From Methanobacteriota archaeon (GTDB lineage Archaea > Thermoplasmatota > Thermoplasmata > RBG-16-68-12), in the NCBI GenBank assembly GCA_947084985.1, contig CAMTUI010000018.1:36868-100867 (forward strand): 64,000 nt of DNA, given 5' to 3'. This document shows, one piece after another, positions 63,478-64,000 of the stretch. Each line of letters begins with the position of its first letter. The stretch's first letter is position 1. A program made the position numbers and the translations under genes. The notes below the pieces were generated by a model. The model worked only from the letters and a program-made list of their open reading frames with translations, was not told the origin of the DNA and did not search any database.

Positions 63478-64000
63478 GTGGACCGCCGGGCGTTCCTGCG
63501 CACGATGCGCCGGCTGGAGGCCCGCTACCCGCCGAAGGACTGGGCCCGCGACATGACGCCTTTCGAGATCCTTGTCTCGACGATCCTGTCGCAGAGCACG
63601 ACGGTGGCGAACGAACGGCGAGGCCTCGATGACCTGCGGATGGCGGTCGGCCGGATTACACCGGACCGCCTCGCGGCCGCGTCCGACGCGATGATTGCGC
63701 GGGCGATCTGGCACGCGGGACTCGCGCACCAGAAGGCGCCGCGAATCCGCGCGGTGGCACAGATCGTCTTGGATCGCTGGGGCGGACGGCTCGAAGACGT
63801 CCTCTCTCACCCGACGGATCGTGCACGCATGGACCTCCTGTCCCTCCCGGGCGTTGGCCCCAAGACGGCAGACGTCGTGCTCGCAATGGCGGCCGACCAC
63901 CCGACGTTTCCCGTGGACACGCACATCGCCCGAATCGCGCGGCGATGGGGTCTCGCGCCTCGCGCCGAGTACGAAACAATCCGCAAGGCCCTGGAGCGAT
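63478..64000 (+). CDS. nth: Endonuclease III / HhH-GPD DNA glycosylase (3'-partial, runs off the window)
   Basis: Not in the ORF track because no stop falls in the window. My own translation from GTG 63478 reads 'FEILVSTILSQSTTV', 'LLSLPGVGPKTADVVL' and 'VDTHIARIARRWGL'. Confidence 0.8.
   Translation, partial: MDRRAFLRTMRRLEARYPPKDWARDMTPFEILVSTILSQSTTVANERRGLDDLRMAVGRITPDRLAAASDAMIARAIWHAGLAHQKAPRIRAVAQIVLDRWGGRLEDVLSHPTDRARMDLLSLPGVGPKTADVVLAMAADHPTFPVDTHIARIARRWGLAPRAEYETIRKALER

Overview
This looks like a 64-kb chromosomal segment of a GC-rich archaeon (roughly two-thirds G+C by eye, not computed). The archaeal assignment rests on RadA, aIF2-beta, ribosomal protein S8e, SRP19, diphthine synthase, Trm5, TrmY, pyruvoyl arginine decarboxylase and archaeal phosphopantothenate synthetase. 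I cannot assign a lineage without database searches. Gene packing is tight: I support about 66 CDS, with many 4-20 nt overlaps, plus one tRNA-Arg(UCG). I saw no rRNA, CRISPR array, transposase, integrase or recognisable defence system. Content is mostly housekeeping and heterotrophic metabolism (CTP synthase, AsnRS, MetAP, TldD/PmbA, acyl-CoA dehydrogenase, thiolase, proline dehydrogenase, several peptidases, NAPRTase, GcvH). All family calls come from motif recognition in the translated ORF track, not from searches. The items I think most deserve a second look are: (1) a ChrB-domain ORF and an MFS transporter in the same frame, separated only by one TGA, with no canonical start for the transporter; (2) a thiolase whose conserved N-terminus is reachable only from a CTG codon; (3) a 386-bp gene-free gap that folds into many nested GC helices, a candidate structured ncRNA whose identity I could not resolve; (4) an 1802-aa Lhr helicase with what looks like a duplicated AlkZ/YcaQ-like C-terminal module; (5) two large zinc-ribbon/HhH/TPR membrane proteins, one with a decapeptide tandem repeat and a PEF/PGF-CTERM-like tail; (6) a contiguous MutY / MutT-like / Ogg 8-oxoguanine repair triad with a perfect palindrome in its divergent promoter; (7) a nikR / Ni-transporter divergon with four same-orientation GTARCAC repeats; (8) a small His-bearing membrane protein, cupredoxin and FNR-like reductase cluster. 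I found no single clear-cut novel system; the hypotheses below are graded accordingly.
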